A stretch of DNA of 64,000 nt. It comes from Amphiscolops sp. MND2022 (lineage: Eukaryota). A program made the position numbers and the translations under genes. A model generated the notes under the pieces. That model was given only the letters and a program-made list of their open reading frames with translations. It was not told where the DNA came from and did no database searches. Below, piece by piece: positions 12,401 to 26,800 of this stretch (within the stretch, counting starts at the first letter, position 1; each line of letters starts with the position of its first letter). The stretch covers positions 47,988,001 to 48,052,000 of the forward strand of contig OZ076416.1 in NCBI GenBank assembly GCA_964187785.1. The letters are read 5' to 3'.

Positions 12401-15400
12401 GTCCCGTAGTCTCACTTTCGGAAATCAATCATTCCAAATGTCTCTTCACAAACCCGCAACCAGCTCAGAAATCAAAAGTTTTGTCGGTATAAAAAAAACT
12501 TTTGCTTTCCTCAACTTCCGAGCAGGCGAGCTTAGTGGTTACTTCATCTGAATGACGTCAAGTGACGATTAACCAAACTCTCACAGAGTGAGATCATTCG
12601 CAACCTTTAGCGACAACCTGCTTTTGTCTTTTTGACTACTTATGCCGAAGAGTAACTTGTAACATACAGAATAAGTTACTACTATTTTGGCACAAAGAAA
12701 AGCAGAAGTGCAAACAAGGTATATTCAGGCAGGAAACAAACTCAGGATCTGACAGCCCACTCTTTGCTTCTCAAATTCCATTCGTATTCTCGTATAGCGA
12801 TTGTGTCGGTCATTTAATAAAACATTCGACCCTTAAAACGGTTTTATCTGTAAAACAGAATCGCGTTACCGAGAGAACGGTTCAACTTTTCCCTTATCTA
12901 GAGGCAAGGGAAGCCACCGGAATGCAACACAAAAAACAACTTAATTCTTCTTTCGATAGCTTTGCAAAATAGAATGAAATGCAAAATGAAGGAAACAATT
13001 GATGGAAAAAAGCTTGAATGAACCATTTCACCAGGTCCCGTGGGCTTCTTTTCGGATATCAATCATGCCAAATGTCTCTTCACAAACCGGCATCCTGTTC
13101 AGAAATCCAAGTTTTTTTTGGCGGTAAAGAACTGTTGCATGCCCTATTTTCCGAGCAGGCTAGCTTAGTAGTTACTTCATCAGAATGACGTCATTTGACG
13201 ATTAACCAAAATCTCAGAGAGTGAGATCATTTCCAACCATAAGCGCCATCCTGCTTTTTCTTTTTTGACTACACTCGCCGAAGAGTACCATGCAAATTAA
13301 GGTACTGCAATTTTTGGCACAAAGGAATGCAGAAGTGCAAACAACCTATACTCAGGCAGGAAAAATTACGGGAACTAACACCCACTATTTGGCTCTCAGT
13401 TCTCATTGACGTTTTCGTAAATTGATTGATTGTTTCGATCTTTTAATAAAACAATTTCGACTCCTACAGAAGTTTTATCTTTCAAAGAAAATTCGTGTTT
13501 CCGAGGGAACGGTTTAACTTTTCTCTTCTTTGGAGGCAAGGGAAACAACCGCAACGCATCACAAAAAACAACTCAATTTTTCCTTCGATAGCTTTAGGAA
13601 GCATGATCAATTGAACAGTAAAGGGAAACGTCGATGGAAAAAAGCTTGAATGAAACATTTCTCCCGGTCCCTTAGTCTCACTTTCGGAAATCAATCTTCC
13701 CAAATGTCTCTTCACAAACCGGAAACCTGTTCAGAAACCCAAGTTTTTTTGGCGGTAAAAAACTTTTGCATGCCCTAATTTCCGAGCCGGCTAGCTTAGA
13801 GCTTACTTCATCTGATAAACGTCAAGTGACGATTCACCAAAATCGCACAAGGTGAGATCATTTCCAACCATTAGCGCCAACCTGCTTTTGTCTTTTTGAC
13901 TACATAAGCTGAAGAGTGACATGTAACAGACAAAATAGGTTACTCATGTTTTTGGCACAAAGAAAAGCAGAAGTGCAAACAACGTATACTCAGGCAGGAA
14001 AAATTACGGGAACTAACAGGCCAGTATTTGGCTTTCGGTTCTCATTGATGTTGTTCTCATTTATTGATTTTTTCGATCATTCAATAAAACAATTTCGACT
14101 CCTAAATAAGTTTTCTTAATGATAGAAAATTCGTGTTTACGGGGAAAAGGTCTAACTTTTTTCTTCTCTGGAGTCAAGGAAGCAACCGAACCGCTACACA
14201 AAAAACAACTCAATTTTTCCTTCGATAGCTTTGGGAAGCATAACCAAGTGAAAAGTAAAAGGAAAAATCGATGGAAAAAAGCTTGAATGAAACATTTCTC
14301 TCGGTCCCGTAGTCTCACTTTCGGAAATCAATCTTTCCAAATGTCTCTTCACAAACCCGCAACCAGCTCAGAAATCAAAAGTTTTGTCGGTATAAAAAAC
14401 TTTTGCTTTCCTCAACTTCCGAGCAGGCGAGCTTAGTGGTTACTTCATCTGAATGACGTCAAGTGACGATTAACCAAACTCTCACAGAGTGAGATCATTC
14501 GCAACCTTTAGCGACAACCTGCTTTTGTCTTTTTGACTACTTATGCCGAAGAGTAACATGTAACACACAAAATAAGTTACTACTATTTTGGCACAAAGAA
14601 AAGCAGAAGTGCAAACAAGGTATATTCAGGCAGGAAACAAACTCAGGATCTGACAGCCCACTCTTTGCTTCTCAAATTCCATTCGTATTCTCGTATAGCG
14701 ATTGTGTCGGTCATTTAATAAAACATTCGACCCTTAAAACGGTTTTATCTAAAAACAGAATCGCGTTACCGAGAGAACCGTTCAACTTTTCCCTTATCTA
14801 GAGGCAAGGGAAGTCACCGGAATGCAACACAAAAAACAACTCAATTCTTCTTTCGATAGCTTTGGAAAATAGAATGAAATGCAAAATGAAGGAAACAATT
14901 GATGGAAAAAAGCTTGAATGAACCATTTCACCAGGTCCCGTGGTCTTCATTTCGGAAATCAATCTTCCCAAATGTCTCTTCACAAACCGGAAACCTGTTC
15001 AGAAACCCAAGTTTTTTTGGCGGTAAAAAACTTTTGCATGCCCTAATTTCCGAGCCGGCTAGCTTAGAGCTTACTTCATCTGATAAACGTCAAGTGACGA
15101 TTCATCAAAATCGCACAAGGTGAGATCATTTCCAACCATTAGTGCCAACCTGCTTTTGTCTTCTTGACTACATAAGTTGAAGAGTGACAAGTAACAGACA
15201 AAATAGGTTACTCATGTTTTTGGCACAATGCAAAGCAGAAGTGCAAACAACGTATACTCAGGCAAGAAAAATTCTGGGAACTAACAACCAGTATTCGGTT
15301 TTCAGTTCTCATTGATGTTTTTGTATTTTGATTGTTTCAATCATTTAATAAAAACAACTTCGACTCTCAAAAATGATTTATCGTTCAAAGAAAATTCGTG

Positions 15401-18400
15401 TTTACGAGGAAAAGGTCTAACTTTTCTCTTCTCTGGAGTCAAGGGAAGCAACCGAACCGCTACACAAAAAACAACTCAATTTTTTCTTCGATAGCTTTGG
15501 GAAGCATGATCAATTGAAAAATAAAGGGAAAAGTCGATGGAAAAAAGCTTGAATGAAACATTTCTCCCGGTCCCTTAGTCTCACTTTCGGAAATCAATCT
15601 TCCTAAATGTCTCTTCACAAACCGGAAACCTGTTCAGAAACCCAAGTTTTTTTGGCGGTAAAAGACTTTTGCTTTGCTCAACTTCCGAGCAGGCGAGCTT
15701 AGTGGTTACTTCATCTGAATGACGTCAAGTGACGATTAACCAAACTCTCACAGAGTGAGATCATTCGCAACCTTTAGCGACAACCTGCTTTTGTCTTTTT
15801 GACTACTTATGCCGAAGAGTAACATGTAACACACAGATTATTTTACTACTATTTTGGCACAAAGAAAAGCAGAAGTGCAAACAAGGTATATTCAGGCAGG
15901 AAACAAACTCAGGATCTGACAGCCCACTCTTTGCTTCTCAAATTCCATTCGTATTCTCGTATAGCGATTGTCTTCATTTCGGATATCAATCATGCCAAAT
16001 GTCTCTTCACAAACCGGCATCCTGTTCAGAAATCCAAGTTTTTTTTGGCGGTAAAGAACTTTTGCATGCCCTAATTTCCGAGCAGGCTAGCTTAGTAGTT
16101 ACTTCATCTTAATGACGTCACTTGACGATTAACCAAAATCTCAGAGAGTGAGATCATTTCCAACCATAAGCGCCATCGTGTTTTTGTCTTTTTGACTACA
16201 TACGTCGAAGAGTACCATACAAATTAAGGTACTGCAATTTTTGGCACAAAGGAATGCAGAAGTGCAAACAACCTATACTCAGGCAGGAAAAATTACGGGA
16301 ACTAACACCCACTATTTGGCTCTCAGTTCTCATTGACGTTTTCGTATATTGATTGATTGTTTCGATCTTTTAATAAAACAATTTCGACTCCTACAGAAGT
16401 TTTACCTTTCAAAGAAAATTCGTGTTTCCGAAGGAACGGTTTAACTTTTCTCTTCTTTGGAGGCAAGGGAAACAACCGCAACGCATCACAAAAAACAACT
16501 CAATTTTTCCTTTGATAGCTTTGGGAAGCATGATCAATTGAAAAGTAAAGGGACAAGTCGATGGAAAAAAGCTTGAATGAAACATTTCTCCCGGTCCCTT
16601 AGTCTCACTTTCGGAAATCAATCTTCCCAAATGTCTCTTCACAAACCGGAAACCTGTTCAGAAACCCAAGTTTTTTTGGCGGTAAAAAACTTTTGCATGC
16701 CCTAATTTCCGAGCCGGCTAGCTTAGAGCTTACTTCATCTGATAAACTTCAAGTGACGATTCACCAAAATCGCACAAGGTGAGATCATTTCCAACCATTA
16801 GCGCCAACCTGCTTTTGTCTTTTTGACTACATAAGCTGAAGAGTGACATGTAACAGACAAAATAGTTTACTCATGTTTTTGGCACAAAGAAAAGCAGAAG
16901 TGCAAACAACGTATACTCAGGCAGGAAAAATTACGGGAACTAACAGGCCAGTATTTGGCTTTCGGTTCTCATTGATGTTGTTCTCATTTATTGATTTTTT
17001 CGATCATTCAATAAAACAATTTCGACTCTTAAATAGGTTTTCTTAATGATAGAAAATTCGTGTTTACGAGGAAAAGGTCTAACTTTTTTCTCCTCTGGAG
17101 TCAAGGAAGCAACCGAACCGCTACACAAAAAACAACTCAATTTTTCCTTCGATAGCTTTGAGAAGCATAACCAAGTGAAAAGAAAAAAGGAAAAATCGAT
17201 GGGAAAAAGCTTGAATGAAACATTTCTCTCGGTCCCGTAGTCTCACTTTCGGAAATCAATCTTGCCAAATGTCTCTTCACAAACCCGCAACCAGCTCAGA
17301 AATCAAAAGTTTTGTCGGTATAAAAAACTTTTGCTTTCCTCAACTTCCGAGCAGGCGAGCTTAGTGGTTACTTCATCTGAATGACGTCAAGTGACGATTA
17401 ACCAAACTCTCACAGAGTGAGATCATTCGCAACCTTTAGCGACAACCTGCTTTTGTCTTTTTGACTACTTATGCCGAAGAGTAACATGTAACACACAGAA
17501 TAAGTTACTACTATTTTGGCACAAAGAAAAGCAGAAGTGCAAACAAGGTATATTCAGGCAGGAAAAAACTCAGGATCTGACAGCCCACTCTTTGCTTCTC
17601 AAATTCCATTCGTATTCTCGTATAGCGATTGTCTTCATTTCGGATATCAATCATGCCAAATGTCTCTTCACAAACCGGCATCCTGTTCAGAAATCCAAGT
17701 TTTTTTTGGCGGTAAAGAACTTTTGCATGCCCTAATTTCCGAGCAGGCTAGCTTAGTAGTTACTTCATCTTAATGACGTCACTTGACGATTAACCAAAAT
17801 CTCAGAGAGTGAGATCATTTCCAACCATAAGCGCCATCGTGTTTTTGTCTTTTTGACTACATACGTCGAAGAGTACCATACAAATTAAGGTACTGCAATT
17901 TTTGGCACAAAGGAATGCAGAAGTGCAAACAACCTATACTCAGGCAGGAAAAATTACGGGAACTAACACCCACTATTTGGCTCTCAGTTCTCATTGACGT
18001 TTTCGTATATTGATTGATTGTTTCGATCTTTTAATAAAACAATTTCGACTCCTACAGAAGTTTTACCTTTCAAAGAAAATTCGTGTTTCCGAGGGAACGG
18101 TTTAACTTTTCTCTTCTTTGGAGGCAAGGGAAACAACCGCAACGCATCACAAAAAACAACTCAATTTTTCCTTTGATAGCTTTGGGAAGCATGATCAATT
18201 GAAAAGTAAAGGGACAAGTCGATGGAAAAAAGCTTGAATGAAACATTTCTCCCGGTCCCTTAGTCTCACTTTCGGAAATCAATCTTCCCAAATGTCTCTT
18301 CACAAACCGGAAACCTGTTCAGAAACCCAAGTTTTTTTGGCGGTAAAAAACTTTTGCATGCCCTAATTTCCGAGCCGGCTAGCTTAGAGCTTACTTCATC

Positions 18401-20855
18401 TGATAAACGTCAAGTGACGATTCACCAAAATCGCACAAGGTGAGATCATTTCCAACCATTAGCGCCAACCTGCTTTTGTCTTTTTGACTACATAAGCTGA
18501 AGAGTGACATGTAACAGACAAAATAGTTTACTCATGTTTTTGGCACAAAGAAAAGCAGAAGTGCAAACAACGTATACTCAGGCAGGAAAAATTACGGGAA
18601 CTAACAGGCCAGTATTTGGCTTTCGGTTCTCATTGATGTTGTTCTCATTTATTGATTTTTTCGATCATTCAATAAAACAATTTCGACTCTTAAATAGGTT
18701 TTCTTAATGATAGAAAATTCGTGTTTACGAGGAAAAGGTCTAACTTTTTTCTTCTCTGGAGTCAAGGAAGCAACCGAACCGCTACACAAAAAACAACTCA
18801 ATTTTTCCTTCGATAGCTTTGAGAAGCATAACCAAGTGAAAAGTAAAAGGAAAAATCGATGGGAAAAAGCTTGAATGAAACATTTCTCTCGGTCCCGTAG
18901 TCTCACTTTCGGAAATCAATCTTGCCAAATGTCTCTTCACAATCCCGCAACCAGCTCAGAAATCAAAAGTTTTGTCGGTATAAAAAACTTTTGCTTTCCT
19001 CAACTTCCGAGCAGGCGAGCTTAGTGGTTACTTCATCTGAATGACGTCAAGTGACGATTAACCAAACTCTCACAGAGTGAGATCATTCGCAACCTTTAGC
19101 GACAACCTGCTTTTGTCTTATTGACTACTTATGCCGAAGAGTAACATGTAACACACAGAATAAGTTACTACTATTTTGGCACAAAGAAAAGCAGAAGTGC
19201 AAACAAGGTATATTCAGGCAGGAAACAAACTCAGGATATGACAGCCCACTCTTTGCTTCTCCAATTCCATTCGTATTCTCGTATAGCGATTGTGTCGGGT
19301 ATTTATTTAAACATTCGACCCTTAAAACGGTTTTATCTTTAAAACAGAATCGCGTTACCGAGAGAACCGTTCAACTTTTCCCTTATCTAGAGGCAAGGGA
19401 AGCCACCGGAATGCAACACAAAAAACAACTCAATTCTTCTTTCGATAGCTTTGGAAAATAGAATGAAATGCAAAATGAAGGAAACAATTGATGGAAAAAA
19501 GCTTGAATGAACCCATTCACCAGGTCCCGTGGTCTTCATTTCGGATATCAATCATGCCAAATGTCACAAACCGGCATCCTGTTCAGAAATCCAAGTTTTT
19601 TTTTGGCGGTAAAGAACTTTTGCATGCCCTAATTTCCGAGCAGGCTAGCTTAGTGGTTACTTCATCTGAATGACGTCATTTGACGATTAACCAAAATCTC
19701 AGTGAGTGAGATCATTTCCAACCATAAGCGCCATCGTGTTTTTGTCTTTTTGACTACATACGTCGAAGAGTACCATACAAATTAAAGTACTGCAATTTTT
19801 GGCACAAAGGAATGCAGAAGTGCAAACAACCTATACTCAGGCAGGAAAAATTACGGAACTAACACCCAGTATTTGGCTCTCAGTTCTCATTGACGTTTTC
19901 GTATTTTGATTGATTGTTTCGATCTTTTATTACAACAATTTCGACTCCTACAGAAGTTTTACCTTTCAAAGAAAATTCGTGTTTCCGAGGGAACGGTTTA
20001 ACTTTTTTCTTCTTTGGAGGCAAGGGAAACAACCGCAACGCATCACAAAAAACAACTCACTTTTTCTTTCGATAGCTTTGGGAAGCATGATCAATTGAAA
20101 AGTAAAGGGAAAAGTCGATGGAAAAAAGCTTGAATGAAACATTTCTCCCGGTCCCGTAGTTTCATTTTCGGAAATCAATCTTGCCAAATGTCTCTTCACA
20201 AACCGGAAACCTGTTCAAAAACCCAAGTTTTTTGGCGATAAAAACGTTTGCATGCCCTAATTTCCGAGCTGGCTAGCTTAGAGCTTACTTCACCTGATAA
20301 ACGTCAAGTGACGATTCATCAAAATCGCACAGGATGAGATCATTTCCAACCATTACCGCCAACCTGCTTTTGTCTTTTTGACTACATAAGCTGAAGAGTA
20401 ACATGTAACGTACAAAATAAGTTACTCTCTTTTTTGGCATAATGCAAAGCAGAAGTGCAAACAACGTATACTCAGGCAAGAAAAATTACGGGAACTAACA
20501 GGCCAGTATTTGGCTTTCAGTTCTCATTGATGTTCTTGTATATTGATTGTTTCGATCATTTAATAAAAACAACTTCGACCCTAAAAAAAGATTTATCGTT
20601 CATAGAAATTTCGTGTTTACGAGGAAAAGGTTCAACTTTTCTCTTCTCTGGAGGCAAGGGAAGCAACCGCACCGCAACACAAAAAACCACTCAATTCTTC
20701 CTTCGATAGCTTTGGGAAGCATAAAAAATTGAAAAATAAAGGGAAAAATCGATGGAAAAAAGCTTGAATGAAACATTTATCTCGGTCCCGTAGTCTCACT
20801 TTCGGAAATCAATCTTGCCAAATGCCTCTTCACAAACCCGCAACCAGCTCAGAAA
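9481..20855 (+). repeat. Array domain B: trimeric higher-order repeat (~1.9 kb; monomers B1, B2, B3), ~18 monomers
   Basis: B1 (GAGCCGGCTAGCTTAGAG) at 9978, 11878, 13780; B2 (CAGGCGAGC, TCAGGATCTGACAGCCC) at 10615, 12516, 14417; B3 at 11247, 13149. Period is 1900-1902 bp, with one skipped B3 and two deleted B2 copies. Confidence 0.9.
9982..10087 (+). pseudogene. Degenerate vault-RNA-like core, representative B1 copy
   Basis: A box altered (TAGCTTAGAGC). 5' stem AGCCGG no longer pairs fully with CCTGCT, and CCATTAGC disrupts the inner helix. Confidence 0.55.
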
Positions 20856-23800
20856 GACAGTTTATCTTAAACAGGCTAATTCGTGTTCCCGAGAAGGCCC
20901 TCTAACTTTTCTATTATCTGAAGGCAAGTGAAACTACAAGAACGCAACACAAAATACAACTCAATTCTTCCGTCGATAATTTTGAGAAAGAGAATCTATT
21001 CAAAATGTAGGAAAAAATTGAAACGAAAAAAGCTTGAATGAAACATTTCCCCCGGTCCCCTAGTATCATTTTCGGAAATGAATCTTGCCAAATGTCTCTT
21101 CAAAAACCGCCAACCTGGTCAAAAATCAAACTTCTTTGACAGTAAAAAAATTTTGCTTTCCTTAATTTCCGAGCAGGCTAGCTTAGTGGTTACTTCATCT
21201 GATAAACGTTAAGCGACGACTAACAAAAATCTCACAGCGTGGGATCATTTTCAACCATAAGCGCCATCCTGCTATTGTCTTTTTCGACAACACCCGCCAA
21301 AAAAACATGCGCAAAAAATTACTGCTACTTTTGACACAAAGAAAAGCAGAGGTGCATACAACGTATATTCAGGCAGGGAAAAATACGGGAACTGAAAGGC
21401 CACCGTTTGTCTCTCAGCTGTCATTGGTGAACTCCTAGGATGATTGTTTCAGTCTTTCAACTTTCAATAGAAACTTTCGACTCTTAAAGACGTTCTATCT
21501 TAAATAGCTAATTTGTGTTCCAGAAAGAACCCTTCAACTTTTCTATAATCTGAAGGCAAGGGAGACAACCGAAACGCAACACAAAAAACAACTCATTTCT
21601 TCCGTCGATAGTTTTGGGAAACAGAATCTATTCAAAAATGTAGGAAAAAATCCAAAAGAAAAAAGTTTGAAAAAAACGCTTGAATGAAACATTTCTCCCG
21701 GTCCCCTAGTAATACTTTCGGACCTCATTCTTGCCAGATGTCTTTCCAAAAACCGCCAACCTGGTCAAAAATCAAACTTCTTTGACTGTAAAAAAATTTT
21801 GCTTTCCTTAATTTCCGAGCAGGCTAGCTTAGTGGTTACTTCATCTGATAAACGTTAAGCAACGATTCACAAAAATCTCACAGAGTGGGATCATTTCCAA
21901 CCATGAGCGCCATCCTGCTATTGTCTTTTCGACAACACCCGCCAAAAAAACATGCGCAAAAAAATACTGCTACTTTTGACACAAAGAAAAGCAGAGGTGC
22001 ATACAACCTATACTCAGGCAGGAAAAAATACGGGAACTGAAAGGCCACTGTTTGTTTCTCAGCTCTCATTGGTGCTCTCCTAAGATGATTGTTCCGAACT
22101 TTCAGTTAAAAAACTTCGACTCTCAAAGACAGTTTGTCTTAAACAGGCTAATTCGAGTTCCCGAGAAGGCCCTCTAACTTTTCTATTATCTGAAGGCAAG
22201 GGAAACTACCAGAACGCAACACAAAATACAACTCAATTCTTCCGTCGATAGTGGGAAAGAGAATCTATTCAAAAATGTAGGAAAAAAATTGAAACGAAAA
22301 AAGCTAGAATGAAACATTTCCCCCGGTCCCCTAGTATCATTTTCGGAAATGAATCTTGCCAAATGTCTCTTCAAAAACCGCCAACCTGGTTGAAAATCAA
22401 ACTCTTTTGACATTAAAAACTTTTTGCTTTCCTGAATTTCCGAGCAGGCTAGCTTAGTGGTTACTTCATCTGATAAACGTTAAGTGACGAATCACCAAAA
22501 TCTCACAGAGTGAGATCATTTCCAACCATGAGCGCCATCCTGCTTTTGTTTTTTTACTACACTTACCAAAAAACACAAAAAAAGGACAAGGCAGGGAACA
22601 ATACGGAAACTGACAGGCCTCTGTTTGTTTCTCCGCTCTCATTGGTGCTCTCCTAGGATGATTGTTTCGATCATTCAGTTAAAAAACTTCGACTCTTAAA
22701 GACAGTTTATCTTAAACAGGCTATTTCGTGTTCCCGAGAAGGCCCTCTAACTTTTCTATTATCTGAAGGCAAGGGAAACTACCAGAACGGAACACAAAAT
22801 ACAACTCAATTCTTCCGTCGATAGTTTTGGGAAAGAGAATCTATTCAAAAATGTAGGAAAAAATTGAAACGAAAAAAGCTTGAAAGAAACATTTCCCCCG
22901 GTCCCCTAGTATCATTTTCGGAAATGAATCTTGCCAAATGTCTCTTCAAAAACCGCCAACCTGGATGAAAATCAAACTCTTTTGAAATTAAAAACTTTCT
23001 GCTTTCCTTAATTTCCGAGCAGGCTAGATTAGTGGTTACTTCATCTGATAAACGTTAAGTGACGATTCACCAAAATCTCACAGAGTGAGATCATTTCCAA
23101 CCATGAGCGCCATCCTGCTTTTGTTTTTTTTACTACACTTGCCAAAAAACACAAAAAAGGACAAGGCAGGAAACAATACGGGAACTGACAGGCCTCTGTT
23201 TGTTTCTCCGCTCTCATTGGTGCTCTCCTAGGATGATTGTTTTGATCTTTCAGTTGAAAAACTTCGACTCTTAAAGACAGTTTATCTTAAACAGGCTAAT
23301 TCGTGTTCCCGAGAAGGCCCTCTAACTTTTCTATTATCTGAAGGCAAGGGAAACTACCAGAACGGAAAACAAAATACAACTCAATTCTTCCGTCGATAGT
23401 TTTGGGAAAGAGAATCTATTCAAAATTGTAGGAAAAAATTGAAACGAAAAAAGCTTGAATGAAACATTTCCCCCGGTCCCCTAGTATCATTTTCGGAAAT
23501 GAATCTTGCCAAATGTCTCTTCAAAAACCGCCAACCTGGATGAAAATCAAACTCTTTTGAAATAAAAAACTTTTTGCTTTCCTTAATTTCCAAGCAGGCT
23601 AGCTTAGTGGATACTTCATCTGATAAACGTTAAGTGACGATTCACCAAAATCTCACAGAGTGAGATCATTTCCAACCATGAGCGCCATCCTGCTTTTGTT
23701 TTTTTACTACACTTGCCAAAAAACACAAAAAAAAGGACAAGGCAGGGAACAATACGGGAACTGACAGGCCTCTGTTTGTTTCTACGCTCTCATTGGTGCT

Positions 23801-26800
23801 CTCCTAGGATGATTGTTTCGATCTTTCAGTTAAAAAACTTCGACTCTTAAAGACAGTTTATCTTAAACAGGCTAATTCGTGTTCCCGAGAAGGCCCTCTA
23901 ACTTTTCTATTATCTGAAGGCAAGTGAAACTACCAGAACGCAACTCAAATTACAACTCAATTCTTCCGTCGATAGTTTTGGGAAAGAGAATCTATTCAAA
24001 ATGTAGGAAAAAATTGGAACGAAAAAAGCTTGAATGAAACATTTCCCCCGGTCCCCTAGTATCATTTTCGGAAATGAATCTTGCCAAATGTCTCTTCAAA
24101 AACCGCCAACCTGGTTGAAAATCAAACTCTTTTGACATTAAAAACTTTTTGCTTTCCTTAATTTCTGAGCAGGCTAGCTAAGTGGTTACTTCATCTGATA
24201 AACGTTAAGTGACGATTCACCAAAATCTCACAGAGTGAGATCATTTCCAACCATGAGCGCCATCCTGCTTTTGTTTTTTTACTACACTTGCCAAAAAACA
24301 CAAAAAAAGGACAAGGCAGGAAACAATACGGGAACTGACAGGCCTCTGTTTGTTTCTACGCTCTCATTGGTGCTCTCCTAGGATGATTGTTTCGATCTTT
24401 CAGTTAAAAAACTTCGACTCTTAAAGACAGTTTATCTTAAACAAGCTAATTCATGTTCCCGAGAAGGCCCTCCAACTTTTCTATTATCTGAAGGCAAGGG
24501 AAACTACCAGAACGCAACACAAAATACAACTCAATTCTTCCGTCGATAGTTTTGGGAAAAAGAATCTATTCAAAAATGTAGGAAAAAATTGAAACGAAAA
24601 AAGCCCAAATGAAACATTTCCCCGGTCCCCTAGTATCATTTTCGGAAATGAATCTTGCCAAATGTCTCTTCAAAAACCGCCAACCTGGTTGAAAATCAAA
24701 CTCTTTTGACATTGAAAACTTTTTGCTTTCCTTAATTTCCGAGCAGGCTAGCTTAGTGGTTACTTCAACTGATAAACGTTAAGTGACGATTCACCAAAAT
24801 CTCACAGAGTGAGATCATTTCCAACCATGAGCACCATCCTGCTTTTGTTTTTTTTACTACACTTGCCAAAAAACACAAGAAAAGGACAAGGCAGGGAACA
24901 ATACGGGAACTGACAGGCCTCTGTTTGTTTCTCCGCTCTCATTGGTGCTCTCCTAGGATGATTGTTTCGATCTTTCAATTAAAAAACTTCGACTCTTAAA
25001 GACAGTTTGTCTTAAACAGGCTAATTCGAGTTCCCGAGAAGGTCCTCTAACTTTTCTATTATCTGAAGGCAAGGGAAACTACCAGAACGCAACACAAAAT
25101 ACAACTCAATTCTTCCGTCGATAGTGGGAAAGAGAATCTATTCAAAAATGTAGGAAAAAAATTGAAACGAAAAAAGCTAGAATGAAACATTTCCCCCGGT
25201 CCCCTAGTATCATTTTCGGAAATGAATCTTGCCAAATGTCTCTTCAAAAACCGCCAACCTGGTTGAAAATCAAACTCTTTTGACATTAAAAACTTTTTGC
25301 TTTCCTGAATTTCCGAGAAGGCTAGCTTAGTGGTTACTTCATCTGATAAACGTTAAGTGACGAATCACCAAAATCTCACAGAGTGAGATCATTTCCAACC
25401 ATGAGCGCCATCCTGCTTTTGTTTTTTTACTACACTTACCAAAAAACACAAAAAAAGGACAAGGCAGGGAACAATACGGAAACTGACAGGCCTCTGTTTG
25501 TTTCTCCGCTCTCATTGGTGCTCTCCTAGGATGATTGTTTCGATCTTTCAGTTGAAAAACTTCGACTCTTAAAGACAGTTTATCTTAAACAGGCTAATTC
25601 GTGTTCCCGAGAAGGCCCTCTAACTTTTCTATTATCTGAAGGCAAGTGAAACTACCAGAACGCAACTCAAAATACAACTCAATTCTTCCGTCGATAGTTT
25701 TGGGAAAGAGAATCTATTCAAAATGTAGGAAAAAATTGGAACGAAAAAAGCTTGAATGAAACATTTCCCCCGGTCCCCTAGTATCATTTTCGGAAATGAA
25801 TCTTGCCAAATGTCTCTTCAAAAACCGCCAACCTGGTTGAAAATCAACCTCTTTTGACATTAAAAACTTTTTGCTTTCCTTAATTTCCGAGCAGGCTAGC
25901 TAAATGGTTACTTCATCTGATAAACGTTAAGTGACGATTCACCAAAATCTCACAGAGTGAGATCATTTCCAACCATGAGCGCCATCCTGCTTTTGTTTTT
26001 TTACTACACTTGCCAAAAAACACAAAAAAAAAGGACAAGGCAGGAAACAATACGGGAACTGACAGGCCTCTGTTTGTTTCTACGCTCTCATTGGTGCTCT
26101 CCTAGGATGATTGTTTCGATCTTTCAGTTAAAAAACTTCGACTCTTAAAGACAGTTTATCTTAAACAAGCTAATTCGTGTTCCCGAGAAGGCCCTCCAAC
26201 TTTTCTATTATCTGAAGGCAAGGGAAACTACCAGAACGCAACACAAAATACAACTCAATTCTTCCGTCGATAGTTTTGGGAAAAAGAATCTATTCAAAAA
26301 TGTAGGAAAAAATTGAAACGAAAAAAGCCCAAATGAAACATTTCCCCGGTCCCCTAGTATCATTTTCGGAAATGAATCTTGCCAAATGTCTCTTCAAAAA
26401 CCGCCAACCTGGTTGAAAATCAAACTCTTTTGACATTGAAAACTTTTTGCTTTCCTTAATTTCCGAGCAGGCTAGCTTAGTGGTTACTTCAACTGATAAA
26501 CGTTAAGTGACGATTCACCAACATCTCACAGAGTGAGATCATTTCCAACCATGAGCACCATCCTGCTTCTGTTTTTTTACTACACTTGCCAAAAAACACA
26601 AGAAAAGGACAAGGCAGGGAACAATACGGGAACTGACAGGCCTCTGTTTGTTTCTCCGCTCTCATTGGTGCTCTCCTAGGATGATTGTTTCGATCTTTCA
26701 ATTAAAAAACTTCGACTCTTAAAGACAGTTTATCTTAAACAGGCTAATTCGTGTTCCCGAGAAGGCCCCCTAACTTTTCTATTATCTGAAGGCAAGGGAA

